Source: an uncultured bacterium (GTDB taxonomy: Bacteria > JAJVIF01 > JAPKYR01). From it: DNA of 34,945 bases. Under the pieces are notes generated by a model. The model saw only the letters and a program-made list of their open reading frames with translations, ran no database searches and was not told where the DNA came from. Where the stretch lies: the NCBI GenBank assembly GCA_965370205.1, contig CBDUUJ010000002.1, positions 1 to 34,945 on the forward strand, given 5' to 3'. Below, one piece after another: positions 1 to 7,913 of the stretch. A program made the translations under genes and the position numbers. Every line of letters begins with the position of its first letter. The stretch's first letter is position 1.

Positions 1-1306
1 GAGGAGGAGGCGGTGGCGGCGGCCATCCTGGAGGATCAAGCCAGAAACCATCTACCAGAACATCCGGGCAATATGGCACTTCCGGGAACGGCGGCAGATG
101 ATATCGCTGCTTCACGGTGAGGTACTCATCCCAGCAATCGTTCTGCACATCGAATTCATTGGAGTAATCGTATGCCTCATACACGCAGATTACCCAGAAT
201 TCGTTACAGGTGGGTTTCTCGATGAAGTCAACCGGGATGTCGAAGTAATACGTTGAAGTGTGAGCCGTTCCACCTGTGACGACCGTTGCAGGATCATAGC
301 AATGCACTGTGTTGAACAGGTCTTTGGACTCGACGCAGATAGTCGAGGGCTGTTGATCCCAGCCGAACAGCTCGAGATCGAATTTGAGGTTTCCGCCCCA
401 GTGTGTTGCATCAAGGAACCACAGATCCGGAGTCACGAGCGCGTTGCACGCGACAATCTCGGGCGCGTTCGCGGGATGGGTTGCCTCGTCAATCCAGGAA
501 GCTATAACCGCATACTGGAACACCACTCCCGGATCCGGAACCGGGAATCGGAGATAGTAGTTTCGGGTGTTGGTTGAGCCGGCTTTGAATACACCGTTAT
601 CCGTCGTACCCTTGAGGAAAGTAAGGGCGTCATCACAGGCTCCCAACCCGTCTGCAAAGTACTTGTAAGAGTTGAATGTTGCGGTGCCGACATAACCCGA
701 GGTCGCCAATGCCCCAACCGTGTAGCTGAGGACATCCATGCCCCCATTGAACTCTACAGGGTTAAACCATCTGGTATACCCGTCACTGTTGCCACATAAT
801 TCTTCATGCAGTGTCAGGTCGAAATCCTCGTGGATCTGGTCAATGTCCCGATCTGCAACTTTCTCGTTGGGAGAATCATGCATCATCGTCTGGTGACCGT
901 TACCAATGAAGACTCCACGTACGTCATAGCCATTGTAGTCGGTCATTCCGGGGAACGGATGTGTGATGCTGACATCGAGATCAACATCAATGTGTGTCGT
1001 GCCAAATGTTGGGGTTCCGTAGATATTAAAATCAAGGTTCGCAGGATCGCTGTTTACAAAACAGGTAACATTCGCTGTAAACATCATGCTGCGGTTCGGA
1101 ACCGCCTCTACGGTCTGGTTCTCTATGTCGACATAGCAATCATAGAAACCCCAGAGGTGGGTTTGTACTTGTCCTGAATGATTTGTTCCGGATGTAATTT
1201 CCGGACCGGCAGTCGGCCCCACGGGATTTTCGCCGCTGCCAGAACAGCCCAGTGTGACCAATGCCATCAAGAGCATTGTCACAAAGAGCACAGCCCATCG
1301 ATTCAT
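1..1306 (-). CDS. Putative secreted lipoprotein of an unrecognised family; the C-terminus runs off the window; paralog of 7914..9788
   Basis: Absent from the ORF track, probably because it has no stop in the window. My minus-strand translation from the ATG at 1306 stays open to position 1 (MNRWAVLFVTMLLMALVTLGCSGSGENPVGP...PPGWPPPPPPP). AGGAGG lies at 1313-1318, 6 nt upstream. It has a signal peptide followed by Cys. It shares blocks with 7914..9788: THPFPGMTDYNGYDVRGVF vs QHPFPGLDKFTGFDVLGVF, YKYFADGL in both, and YYLRFP..VVFQYAVIASW vs YNLRFP..IKFQYAVIANW. Confidence 0.75.
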   Translation of the reverse strand, partial: MNRWAVLFVTMLLMALVTLGCSGSGENPVGPTAGPEITSGTNHSGQVQTHLWGFYDCYVDIENQTVEAVPNRSMMFTANVTCFVNSDPANLDFNIYGTPTFGTTHIDVDLDVSITHPFPGMTDYNGYDVRGVFIGNGHQTMMHDSPNEKVADRDIDQIHEDFDLTLHEELCGNSDGYTRWFNPVEFNGGMDVLSYTVGALATSGYVGTATFNSYKYFADGLGACDDALTFLKGTTDNGVFKAGSTNTRNYYLRFPVPDPGVVFQYAVIASWIDEATHPANAPEIVACNALVTPDLWFLDATHWGGNLKFDLELFGWDQQPSTICVESKDLFNTVHCYDPATVVTGGTAHTSTYYFDIPVDFIEKPTCNEFWVICVYEAYDYSNEFDVQNDCWDEYLTVKQRYHLPPFPEVPYCPDVLVDGFWLDPPGWPPPPPPP

Positions 1307-1561
1307 TCTTTGCCTCCTTGATGTTATTAATATTTTTTGCTGTTAAGTTCAGCCATCTGTATCATACCACTGTATAACAAAGCACATATATTTCAGGATG
1401 TATCCTATCAAATAATAGCATTTTTTAATCAAATATTAAATTGATAATAGATAACCTATGGGGAAAGGGGGACCATTTATTTAGGTTGATATCTATGCAA
1501 GTTGAATCTCAAATCAAGTCATAGCCCGGGATTTCCCTTGCTAGGATTAGCAGTGCGCTAA

Positions 1562-3265
1562 TTACTTCACATCGACTTCTGTTGCCTGCGGGGTTTCTTT
1601 TTTCGACGGTTCCTCTGCGCCTGCTTTATCCTTAGCTCCTGCCTTGTCCTCCGGATCGCCGTTGTCTTCCTTTTCCTTTTCATACGGATCGGCGGACGAT
1701 TTTACCGACTGGTTCCTTCCGCCCTCTTTCGCGATATACAAAGCATGGTCCGACGCCTCGATCAGCGATGCCTTGTCGCCTGCATTCAGCGGGTAGGTCG
1801 CCACACCGATGGAGATGGTGACCGTAACACGCTTTGAGTCCACCGGGAAACTCAGATTTTCAATCGCCTGGCGGATTTTTTCTCCCGCTATATACGCTCC
1901 CTGCAGATCGGTGTCCGGGAGGATCGCGACAAGCTCCTCGCCTCCGTACCGGCACGCGACGTCACTATCGCGCAGGTTCCGCCGGATCGCCCGCGAAACC
2001 AGCTTCAGGACTTCGTCGCCGACCTGGTGGCCGTAGGTGTCGTTGAATATTTTGAAGTGATCGATATCCATATACAGCAGGCTGACCGGCGCGCCGTACC
2101 GTCGAGACCTCGAAATCTCGCGTCCGAGCGCCTCCTGGAAATACCGATGGTTGAAAAGTCCGGTCATACCGTCGGTCGTGGCAAGCTGCACCTGCTTTTC
2201 GTAAAGCTGGTAGTTCTTGATGATGGTCATCATACTGGCCGCGAGGGTCTCGACGAACTGCTTGTCCTCGTTTGAGAACGGCGGCGGGGTCTTTCTTGCC
2301 AGCAGGAAAAATCCCTTTTCGCCGGCCTGTCCAAGCTGATGACACAGGAATGTATGAACCCTGATGGATTGAAGGATGGGGCAGTCGATGGTTCCCCGGA
2401 TGCTGGTCACAAGCTCATTGCGGTAAGGGCATCTCGGACAGTTCTGGCTCCTGAGATCATCGACCAGATCGGGATTCCAGAAATTTTTCAATACCGCGCG
2501 GTCGACAACATGGCTGAAAGCGATGAGCACGTTTGGATCGAACTGGCCTTCCTCATCCTCAAGGGTCTTCTGCTTGACCCGTTCCTGGTCGAATTCGGCG
2601 GGAGCATCGGCGAACTGCACAACCACCTTATGTGCACCGTCCATGTTGAACGCCAGAACGCCGTCGGTGGCTCCGAGCACATACATCGCGTTTTCCAGGG
2701 TCAGTTTCAGAAGCTCAATGGGGTCTCTCGAAGGCTCCATATCCCCGTCCCCGTCATAATCGACCTTATCTTCACCGACCAGGTCGGTTCCGGAGACATC
2801 GTTCAGGACCTCAAGCTCGTCGATCTGCCTTGAGAACAGCTTCTCCTGCTCACCCACATAGATTTCGTTGAGATCGTCTTTGAGAGTGCTGTTGCGAAGG
2901 TCGTCCACCAGTTGGGCAATCGTGGATTTGTCGTGGTCGGACAGATCGCTTGCGGTGATGAATTCCTTCAGGAGCATGAGATAGACCGGTTCCAGGTTCA
3001 TGAGGTCCCTGAAGCTGTTCTTGAGAAGAATCCACTCCTGGAACTCGATCTGGAGGTGATTGAAGAGGTAGGAGAAACTCTTTTCGATAAGCGATCTCGC
3101 CAGCAGGAGATGGCTTGCGCGGATTTTCCGGAACACATCGCGTGGATCGGTGTCGGGATAGTAATCCTGAAGTGTCTCAGCCCAGCATTCACTGAACTCG
3201 TCCACATTATTCCGGATCAAATGTGCAAGTTTTCTATACATCGGCACTAAACAAGGGGCATCCAC
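1562..3265 (-). CDS. Diguanylate cyclase (GGDEF domain) with a large N-terminal sensory region
   Basis: C-terminal GGDEF-domain motifs: FNHRYF, DIDHFKIFNDTYGH and RYGGEELV (a GGEEL active-site variant). RDSD lies five residues upstream of GGEEL, which fits the RxxD inhibitory I-site. There is no TM segment, and the C-terminal tail is K/E/D-rich. Confidence 0.9.
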   Translation of the reverse strand: MDAPCLVPMYRKLAHLIRNNVDEFSECWAETLQDYYPDTDPRDVFRKIRASHLLLARSLIEKSFSYLFNHLQIEFQEWILLKNSFRDLMNLEPVYLMLLKEFITASDLSDHDKSTIAQLVDDLRNSTLKDDLNEIYVGEQEKLFSRQIDELEVLNDVSGTDLVGEDKVDYDGDGDMEPSRDPIELLKLTLENAMYVLGATDGVLAFNMDGAHKVVVQFADAPAEFDQERVKQKTLEDEEGQFDPNVLIAFSHVVDRAVLKNFWNPDLVDDLRSQNCPRCPYRNELVTSIRGTIDCPILQSIRVHTFLCHQLGQAGEKGFFLLARKTPPPFSNEDKQFVETLAASMMTIIKNYQLYEKQVQLATTDGMTGLFNHRYFQEALGREISRSRRYGAPVSLLYMDIDHFKIFNDTYGHQVGDEVLKLVSRAIRRNLRDSDVACRYGGEELVAILPDTDLQGAYIAGEKIRQAIENLSFPVDSKRVTVTISIGVATYPLNAGDKASLIEASDHALYIAKEGGRNQSVKSSADPYEKEKEDNGDPEDKAGAKDKAGAEEPSKKETPQATEVDVK

Positions 3266-3477
3266 GGCCCCTCGACAATGAATATTGTACCACTGAATGT
3301 GGAAAAATGCTCAATCAGGCCGTATATCATCAATGTCGGCACAAATGGCTCGACTCTTACTTATTTAGATGATAAAACCGTCCGGAAGGTTTAAATATAA
3401 CTAAGCAAACCAGGGAAATGAAGCATTATTACAGCCGATACTATTAATGAACAGCCCTGAAGCCGATCCGCAGTGGT

Positions 3478-3506
3478 TTGACCGGATTTGGGTTTGGTAG
3501 TATAAT
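3478..3506 (+). promoter_or_regulatory. Sigma-70-type promoter upstream of the sigma factor gene
   Basis: TTGACC (3478-3483), an exact 17-nt spacer, then TATAAT (3501-3506). It sits about 95 nt upstream of the ATG at 3600. Confidence 0.5.
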
Positions 3507-3599
3507 TTATCATCGCGTTGGTATATCGACGCGGAAGGTTAATATTCCTCAAAAACCCGGGTCAAGCCTTCAGGATCTGCAGGGAAGAGGATCCCCGTA

Positions 3600-4700
3600 A
3601 TGCATGACCTGGATTTAATTGGGTTCGAATCAGACGTGGCCAAAAAAACGCCAAAACCTCCAACTCGCAGGAAGAAACGATCGGGCGAATCGAAGGCATC
3701 CGATGATGCCGGGAAAGAATCGCCGCCTGCCGACGAGAAAGATCGGGCGCAACCTGCCGCCAATACAAAAAAGAGCACAAAATCAAAAAAAACAAAACTG
3801 GAAAAGGCAAAGCCCCGGAAGCGAAAAAAAGTCAAGCCTTCCGAGCCTGACTTCGAAGACAGCGTGCGCTACTTCCTCAGCGAGATAGGACGTATTCCCC
3901 TTCTGTCGCCGGAGGAGGAGCTTCATCTCGCTCGCCAGGTCAGGCATTCGAGCGATGAGGATGCGGTTCGCGCAGCCAAGGAAAAACTCATCCGCTCGAA
4001 TTTACGGCTGGTGGTATCCATCGCGAAAAAATACCTCGGACGCGGTGTCGATTTCCTCGACCTGCTCCAGGAAGGCACGATGGGCCTGATAAAAGCGGTC
4101 GAGAAGTTCGATCCGTCCCTCGGCTGGAAATTCTCCACCTACTCATCATGGTGGATACGCCAGAGGCTCTCCAGGATGATCGCCGATCACGGCTCGCTCA
4201 TCCGCAAACCGGTCTACATGGTCGACATCATCAACCGCTTCCTCCGCACGATGCAGGTACTTCAGAAGGATAACAACGATGAAATACCTATCGAGCGTGT
4301 CGCGAGGGAGATGGATATCTCAATCGAGAAAGCCGAGGAGCTTCGCAAGATAAGCCTTCGAATCCTCTCGCTCGACACTCCTGTCACCGGCGAGGATGAC
4401 GGGAGCAGCCTGAAGGAGATTGTCGCGGACTCCGATATCTCATGCCCCGAGCTTGAGACCATGGTCAACATCCGCAACGAGGAGATCATGAAAGCGCTCT
4501 CGGTTGTCGATGAGCGCGAGCGGCGGATTCTGTCCTACTGTTTCGGCCTGTTCGACCGTCCGGTGCTGACACTCGACGAGATCGGCAAGATGGAGGGCGT
4601 CACGCGCGAGAGGGTGCGGCAGATACGAAACCGCGCGGTCGCGAAGATCAAACAGAGCGATTTCGGCCAAAGCATGAAGGATTTTCTGTATCTGGATTAA
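3600..4700 (+). CDS. RNA polymerase sigma-70 family factor (RpoD/SigA-like, group 1/2) with a lysine-rich N-terminal extension
   Basis: Region 1.2/2 motifs: FLSEIGRIPLLSPEEELHLARQV, NLRLVVSIAKKY, DLLQEGTMGLIKAVEKFDP and FSTYSSWWIRQ. Region 4.2 HTH: TLDEIGKMEGVTRERVRQIRNRAVAKIK. The first ~90 aa are K/P/S-rich low complexity. Confidence 0.9.
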   Translation: MHDLDLIGFESDVAKKTPKPPTRRKKRSGESKASDDAGKESPPADEKDRAQPAANTKKSTKSKKTKLEKAKPRKRKKVKPSEPDFEDSVRYFLSEIGRIPLLSPEEELHLARQVRHSSDEDAVRAAKEKLIRSNLRLVVSIAKKYLGRGVDFLDLLQEGTMGLIKAVEKFDPSLGWKFSTYSSWWIRQRLSRMIADHGSLIRKPVYMVDIINRFLRTMQVLQKDNNDEIPIERVAREMDISIEKAEELRKISLRILSLDTPVTGEDDGSSLKEIVADSDISCPELETMVNIRNEEIMKALSVVDERERRILSYCFGLFDRPVLTLDEIGKMEGVTRERVRQIRNRAVAKIKQSDFGQSMKDFLYLD

Positions 4701-4736
4701 CCACCAACCCCATTATTTTTCTTGATACCTGGGTGC

Positions 4737-4761
4737 GCCGCTTTTCCAAGCGGCATTTATT
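4737..4761 (+). terminator. Rho-independent terminator after the sigma-70 gene (first of two adjacent hairpins)
   Basis: GCCGCTT-ttcc-AAGCGGC forms a perfect 7-bp stem followed by ATTTATT. A second hairpin, GCCGGCT-ggaa-AGCCGGC, follows. The two arms (4731-4756 and 4767-4792) are also inverted copies of each other. Confidence 0.6.
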
Positions 4762-4890
4762 CATGGATGCCGGCTGGAAAGCCGGCGCACCCGCTAAAGC
4801 AACAAATTGTCACCGTTGTAGTCTCTAATGAAGGGTGGTCATGCACATAGATGTGATAGTATTCAAGTAATGCAAATTGGAGGCACGAAA

Positions 4891-6111
4891 ATGCGCAAGT
4901 TAACCTCGGTCCTGTTCATTCTGATTGTCGCAGCCCTCTTGGCAGGTTGTGGATGCGGAGCCGGAGATAAAAAAGATGCTCCCACTGTCGTCGACCATAG
5001 CCGCACCGTCGACTATGATAACCCCACGATGGATGACCTGCCACTACTCCTTGAGCAACTGGAAAGCGACGATGTCTCCGTGCACAACAGAGCCGTCGAA
5101 GCTATCGCGATCTTGTTGGAGGATTATGAAGTAATAGATGAGCTTTTTGAAGCGCGTCAGCACGGCGATCTCCAGGAGCGCGAGAATGCTGAAATGGCTT
5201 TCCGTTATATGGGCGCAAGGAGAATATCAGACGCTCTCGTCAAAGCGCTATGGGGTAATGAACTTGACGTGCTGTACAGGGGCGATATTTGGCGTTCCGA
5301 TCTGGGCCTCGATGCTGCGGTCGCTGTGCCCGTGTTAGTTGAGGCGATGCAGGATGAAGACAAGGATATACGCTGGGATGCAATCGACATCCTGAGCTTG
5401 CTTGGGACCGACGCTGCAGTCGCTGTTCCCAATGTTATTGAGGCACTGAAGGATCCGGATGAATCTATCCGAAATTCTGCGGCAAAAGCTCTTTGCCATA
5501 TTGGAGGCAATGTTTCGGAAATCGCCCCGGCACTGCTTGTCGCGCTGGAGGACGATTACTGGCAGATACGCGGACACGCAGCCCAATCGCTGGTGAGAAT
5601 CGACCCCTACAACGAAAACCTCCCACCTGCTCTCACCAAACTATTGGATGATGAGTTTGATTCTGTGCGCTGGTCCGGCGCGAATGGCCTCGTGGAGATC
5701 GGACACGGCTCCAGTGAGTTGGTGCCGTTCTACGTCGAGCAACTGGGGGATGACAAGACATACATTCATAACTCCGCCGCCTTCTATCTCGGTATGATTG
5801 GCCCGGAGGCAAGCGACGCTCTTCCCGATCTCAACGAAGCACTCCAAACTCAGGACGCAAATTTCAAGGAAATAGTACAGCTCGCAATCCAGCGGATAGA
5901 AGGAAACAATGAGGGTGTCGTAGATAAATTGATCGGCTTTCTCGCCAATGAAGACCACGTTATCAGACGGGACGCGATCATTGCCCTGGCTGTTCTTGGT
6001 CCGGAGGCGATTGATGCGATACCCGCTCTCGCTCCATTGCTTGAGGATGAAGAAAGGAAAGTCAGAGAACTCGCCGGGCAAGCGATTGAGAAAATAGAAG
6101 GTTCAAACTAG
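4891..6111 (+). CDS. HEAT-repeat (PBS-lyase-like) lipoprotein
   Basis: I prefer the ATG at 4891 (GGAGG at 4878-4882) over the track start at 4828. That gives MRKLTSVLFILIVAALLAGCGCG, a signal peptide with a lipobox Cys. Repeated HEAT-like units follow: D.S/D.(V/I)R..A..AL..(I/L)G (DKDIRWDAIDILSLLG, DESIRNSAAKALCHIG, DHVIRRDAIIALAVLG, ERKVRELAGQAIEKI). Confidence 0.8.
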   Translation: MRKLTSVLFILIVAALLAGCGCGAGDKKDAPTVVDHSRTVDYDNPTMDDLPLLLEQLESDDVSVHNRAVEAIAILLEDYEVIDELFEARQHGDLQERENAEMAFRYMGARRISDALVKALWGNELDVLYRGDIWRSDLGLDAAVAVPVLVEAMQDEDKDIRWDAIDILSLLGTDAAVAVPNVIEALKDPDESIRNSAAKALCHIGGNVSEIAPALLVALEDDYWQIRGHAAQSLVRIDPYNENLPPALTKLLDDEFDSVRWSGANGLVEIGHGSSELVPFYVEQLGDDKTYIHNSAAFYLGMIGPEASDALPDLNEALQTQDANFKEIVQLAIQRIEGNNEGVVDKLIGFLANEDHVIRRDAIIALAVLGPEAIDAIPALAPLLEDEERKVRELAGQAIEKIEGSN

Positions 6112-6215
6112 AAGCGTTTCTTACAACCCTTCAATGCAATTCCTCATCTCCTAACCGCCGTGACAGCTACGGGGACATTTTATTTTTGCTCTATGCAACA
6201 ACGAAATAATAATCC

Positions 6216-6287
6216 GGGGACACCTTGTTTTTGCATGCTGTGATCTTGAATTATTCAATGATCTGCGGGGCAAAAAAAGGTGTCCCC
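6216..6287. repeat. Nested palindrome (GGGGACACCT..TTTTTGC arms) in the HEAT/pentapeptide intergenic region
   Basis: The left arm ggggacaccttgtttttgc (6216-6234) pairs with gcaaaaaaaggtgtcccc (6270-6287) with one bulge. The loop holds a second palindrome, gatcttgaat-t-attcaatgatc (6242-6263). A third, direct half-copy ggggacattttatttttgc lies at 6171-6189. Confidence 0.6.
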
Positions 6288-6467
6288 TTTCCCCTGCAAC
6301 TACTCAACGCAACTACTCACGATCTAACCTCGTCATATCTTCAGGACCGGATTATTTCATCAAATACATTGATATAATGTACCGACTCCGTTTATCCTCT
6401 TCAGGATTGTTTTATTACAATCGTTAAAATCCGCACTTATCCGGAAGACAATGCAGGAGATTGCGTA

Positions 6468-7796
6468 ATGGCTGTACCAACTGATGAACAGATTCAAAAA
6501 TGGCGCGAGCGGTGGGAGAAACATCCCAAACTTGTTGATGAAATAGTCAGCATCCTGATGGAGGGTGACCGTCCGCCTGAGAATACCGAGGAAGCCGCAG
6601 ACAGACTCTGGCGGGTTAATGCAATTCTCCCTCAAGAAGATTTTGATGTATATGAAGGAGAAGGTGAAGAACTTGGCGAGTATGAAGGAGAGTTTGTTAT
6701 TGGGCCAGTACTCTACTTGCGGGGAATAGATCTGTCTGGTAAGAGTTTAAAAGGTGTTTATCTTGGAAAGGCGCATCTGGAAGGGGCATACCTGAGTTTG
6801 ACGCATCTGGAAGGGGCGTACCTGATTTATGCGCATCTGAAAGGGGCGAACCTGAGTTTGGCGCATCTGGAAGGGGCGTGCCTGATTGATTCGCATCTGG
6901 AAGGGGCGGACCTGAGTCATGCGCATCTGGAAGGGGCGAACCTGATTTATGCGCATCTGGAAGTGGCGAAAATGTGGAGTGCGCATCTGGAAGGGGCGAA
7001 ACTGGGGAGCACGCATCTGGAAGGGGCGTACCTGAGAAGGGCGCATCTGGAAGGGGCGGAACTGATTGAGGTGCATCTGGAAGGGGCTAATTTGAGTTAT
7101 GCAAAAGTCGGGAAACTGGAAAAATTCGATGAGGAATGTAACCTCGATGATAAGATAAAAGAGCAGCTCATAGGTCGTACAACCACATTCGCAGATACTG
7201 AGTTCCTTCCGAAATGGCGGGATTTCGCTTTCCTGAAATGTGTTTGCCGGAAGGATTGGTGGCTTTTTAATATTCAGAGATGGTTTTATACGGATTTCAA
7301 AGGTGTTCGTATCGATGACGCTGATACGGTCATGGCTGCCGACCTGAGACGATATGTAAACGACCAGCACTATCTAAGGCGCATAAAAACAAAGAATCCC
7401 CCCTTATATTGGTTGTGGACGATTTTATCCGGCTGCGGGAATAATATCTGGCTTCTTCTTATCTGGGCATTTTTACTTATCTGCTTGTTTGCCTGGTTCT
7501 ACTGCACTATCCCATGGACCGTGCCGGAATGGATGATGTCCATTACCCCTGACTTTATGTTTATCGCGGACCCGCCCATCGATCCTAAGCCCTATGTCAA
7601 TCATTATCCTTCGCTCTCCGAAGCAATGAAATGGTTCTTTGTGTCGTTCGACATCTTCACGAACCTGGGTATCCGCAACACGCATCCGCAGAACAACATC
7701 GGCGTGATACTCGTGTTCCTGGAAACCGTTCTGGGTTTTTCCACCCTTGGCGTGTTGATCGCGGTCGCGACGAATAAATGGGTACGGAGATCGTGA
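6468..7796 (+). CDS. Pentapeptide-repeat protein fused to a C-terminal two-TM pore-loop (ion-channel-like) domain
   Basis: The central region is a run of A(H/D)L.GA.L pentapeptide pairs (AHLEGAYLSLTHLEGAYLIYAHLKGANLSL...). The C-terminus shows TM (NIWLLLIWAFLLICLFAWFY), then a pore-helix-like segment MKWFFVSFDIFTNLG, then TM (IGVILVFLETVLGFSTLGVLIAVA). This resembles the Ion_trans_2 architecture, with FTNLG in place of a TxGYG filter. Confidence 0.85.
   Translation: MAVPTDEQIQKWRERWEKHPKLVDEIVSILMEGDRPPENTEEAADRLWRVNAILPQEDFDVYEGEGEELGEYEGEFVIGPVLYLRGIDLSGKSLKGVYLGKAHLEGAYLSLTHLEGAYLIYAHLKGANLSLAHLEGACLIDSHLEGADLSHAHLEGANLIYAHLEVAKMWSAHLEGAKLGSTHLEGAYLRRAHLEGAELIEVHLEGANLSYAKVGKLEKFDEECNLDDKIKEQLIGRTTTFADTEFLPKWRDFAFLKCVCRKDWWLFNIQRWFYTDFKGVRIDDADTVMAADLRRYVNDQHYLRRIKTKNPPLYWLWTILSGCGNNIWLLLIWAFLLICLFAWFYCTIPWTVPEWMMSITPDFMFIADPPIDPKPYVNHYPSLSEAMKWFFVSFDIFTNLGIRNTHPQNNIGVILVFLETVLGFSTLGVLIAVATNKWVRRS
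6771..7100 (+). repeat. Eleven phased 30-bp tandem units (coding, inside the pentapeptide-repeat gene)
   Basis: (g/a)cgcatctggaaggggcg.acctga...... recurs exactly every 30 nt, starting at 6771, 6801, 6831 ... 7071. Confidence 0.9.
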
Positions 7797-7818
7797 AGGA
7801 TATTTATCTTGGATCGGA

Positions 7819-7857
7819 GGGGACACCTGCATTTCGAGGACGAAATGAGGTGTCCCC
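7819..7857. terminator. Long hairpin between convergent genes (possible bidirectional terminator; member of the GGGGAC hairpin family)
   Basis: ggggacacctgcatttcg-agga-cgaaatgaggtgtcccc forms a 17-bp stem with one bulge. It lies between the stop of 6468..7796 (+) and the stop of 7914..9788 (-). There is no clear U-tract. Confidence 0.45.
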
Positions 7858-7913
7858 GGGAAGGCTGTATCAGAGCCGCGACTGTCAGGGAGCGGTACTT
7901 TTTTCCATGCCGC

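Noticed and set aside
806-1177. 123-aa plus-strand ORF, plus the small ORFs at 190..414, 260..577 and 502..747
   Set aside because: All lie inside or opposite the unlisted minus-strand lipoprotein gene 1..1306. That gene's frame is open throughout and has a paralog in the window.
3615-3640. GGTTCGAATC, a tRNA T-loop-like string
   Set aside because: The flanking bases cannot form a T-stem or an acceptor stem, and it lies inside the sigma-70 reading frame. I saw no tRNA-like cloverleaf in any intergenic region.
6747-7370. 207-aa minus-strand ORF with RPFQMR repeats
   Set aside because: It is the antisense shadow of the pentapeptide-repeat coding sequence. The periodic sequence keeps the opposite strand open. 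The plus-strand product has a clear domain architecture.
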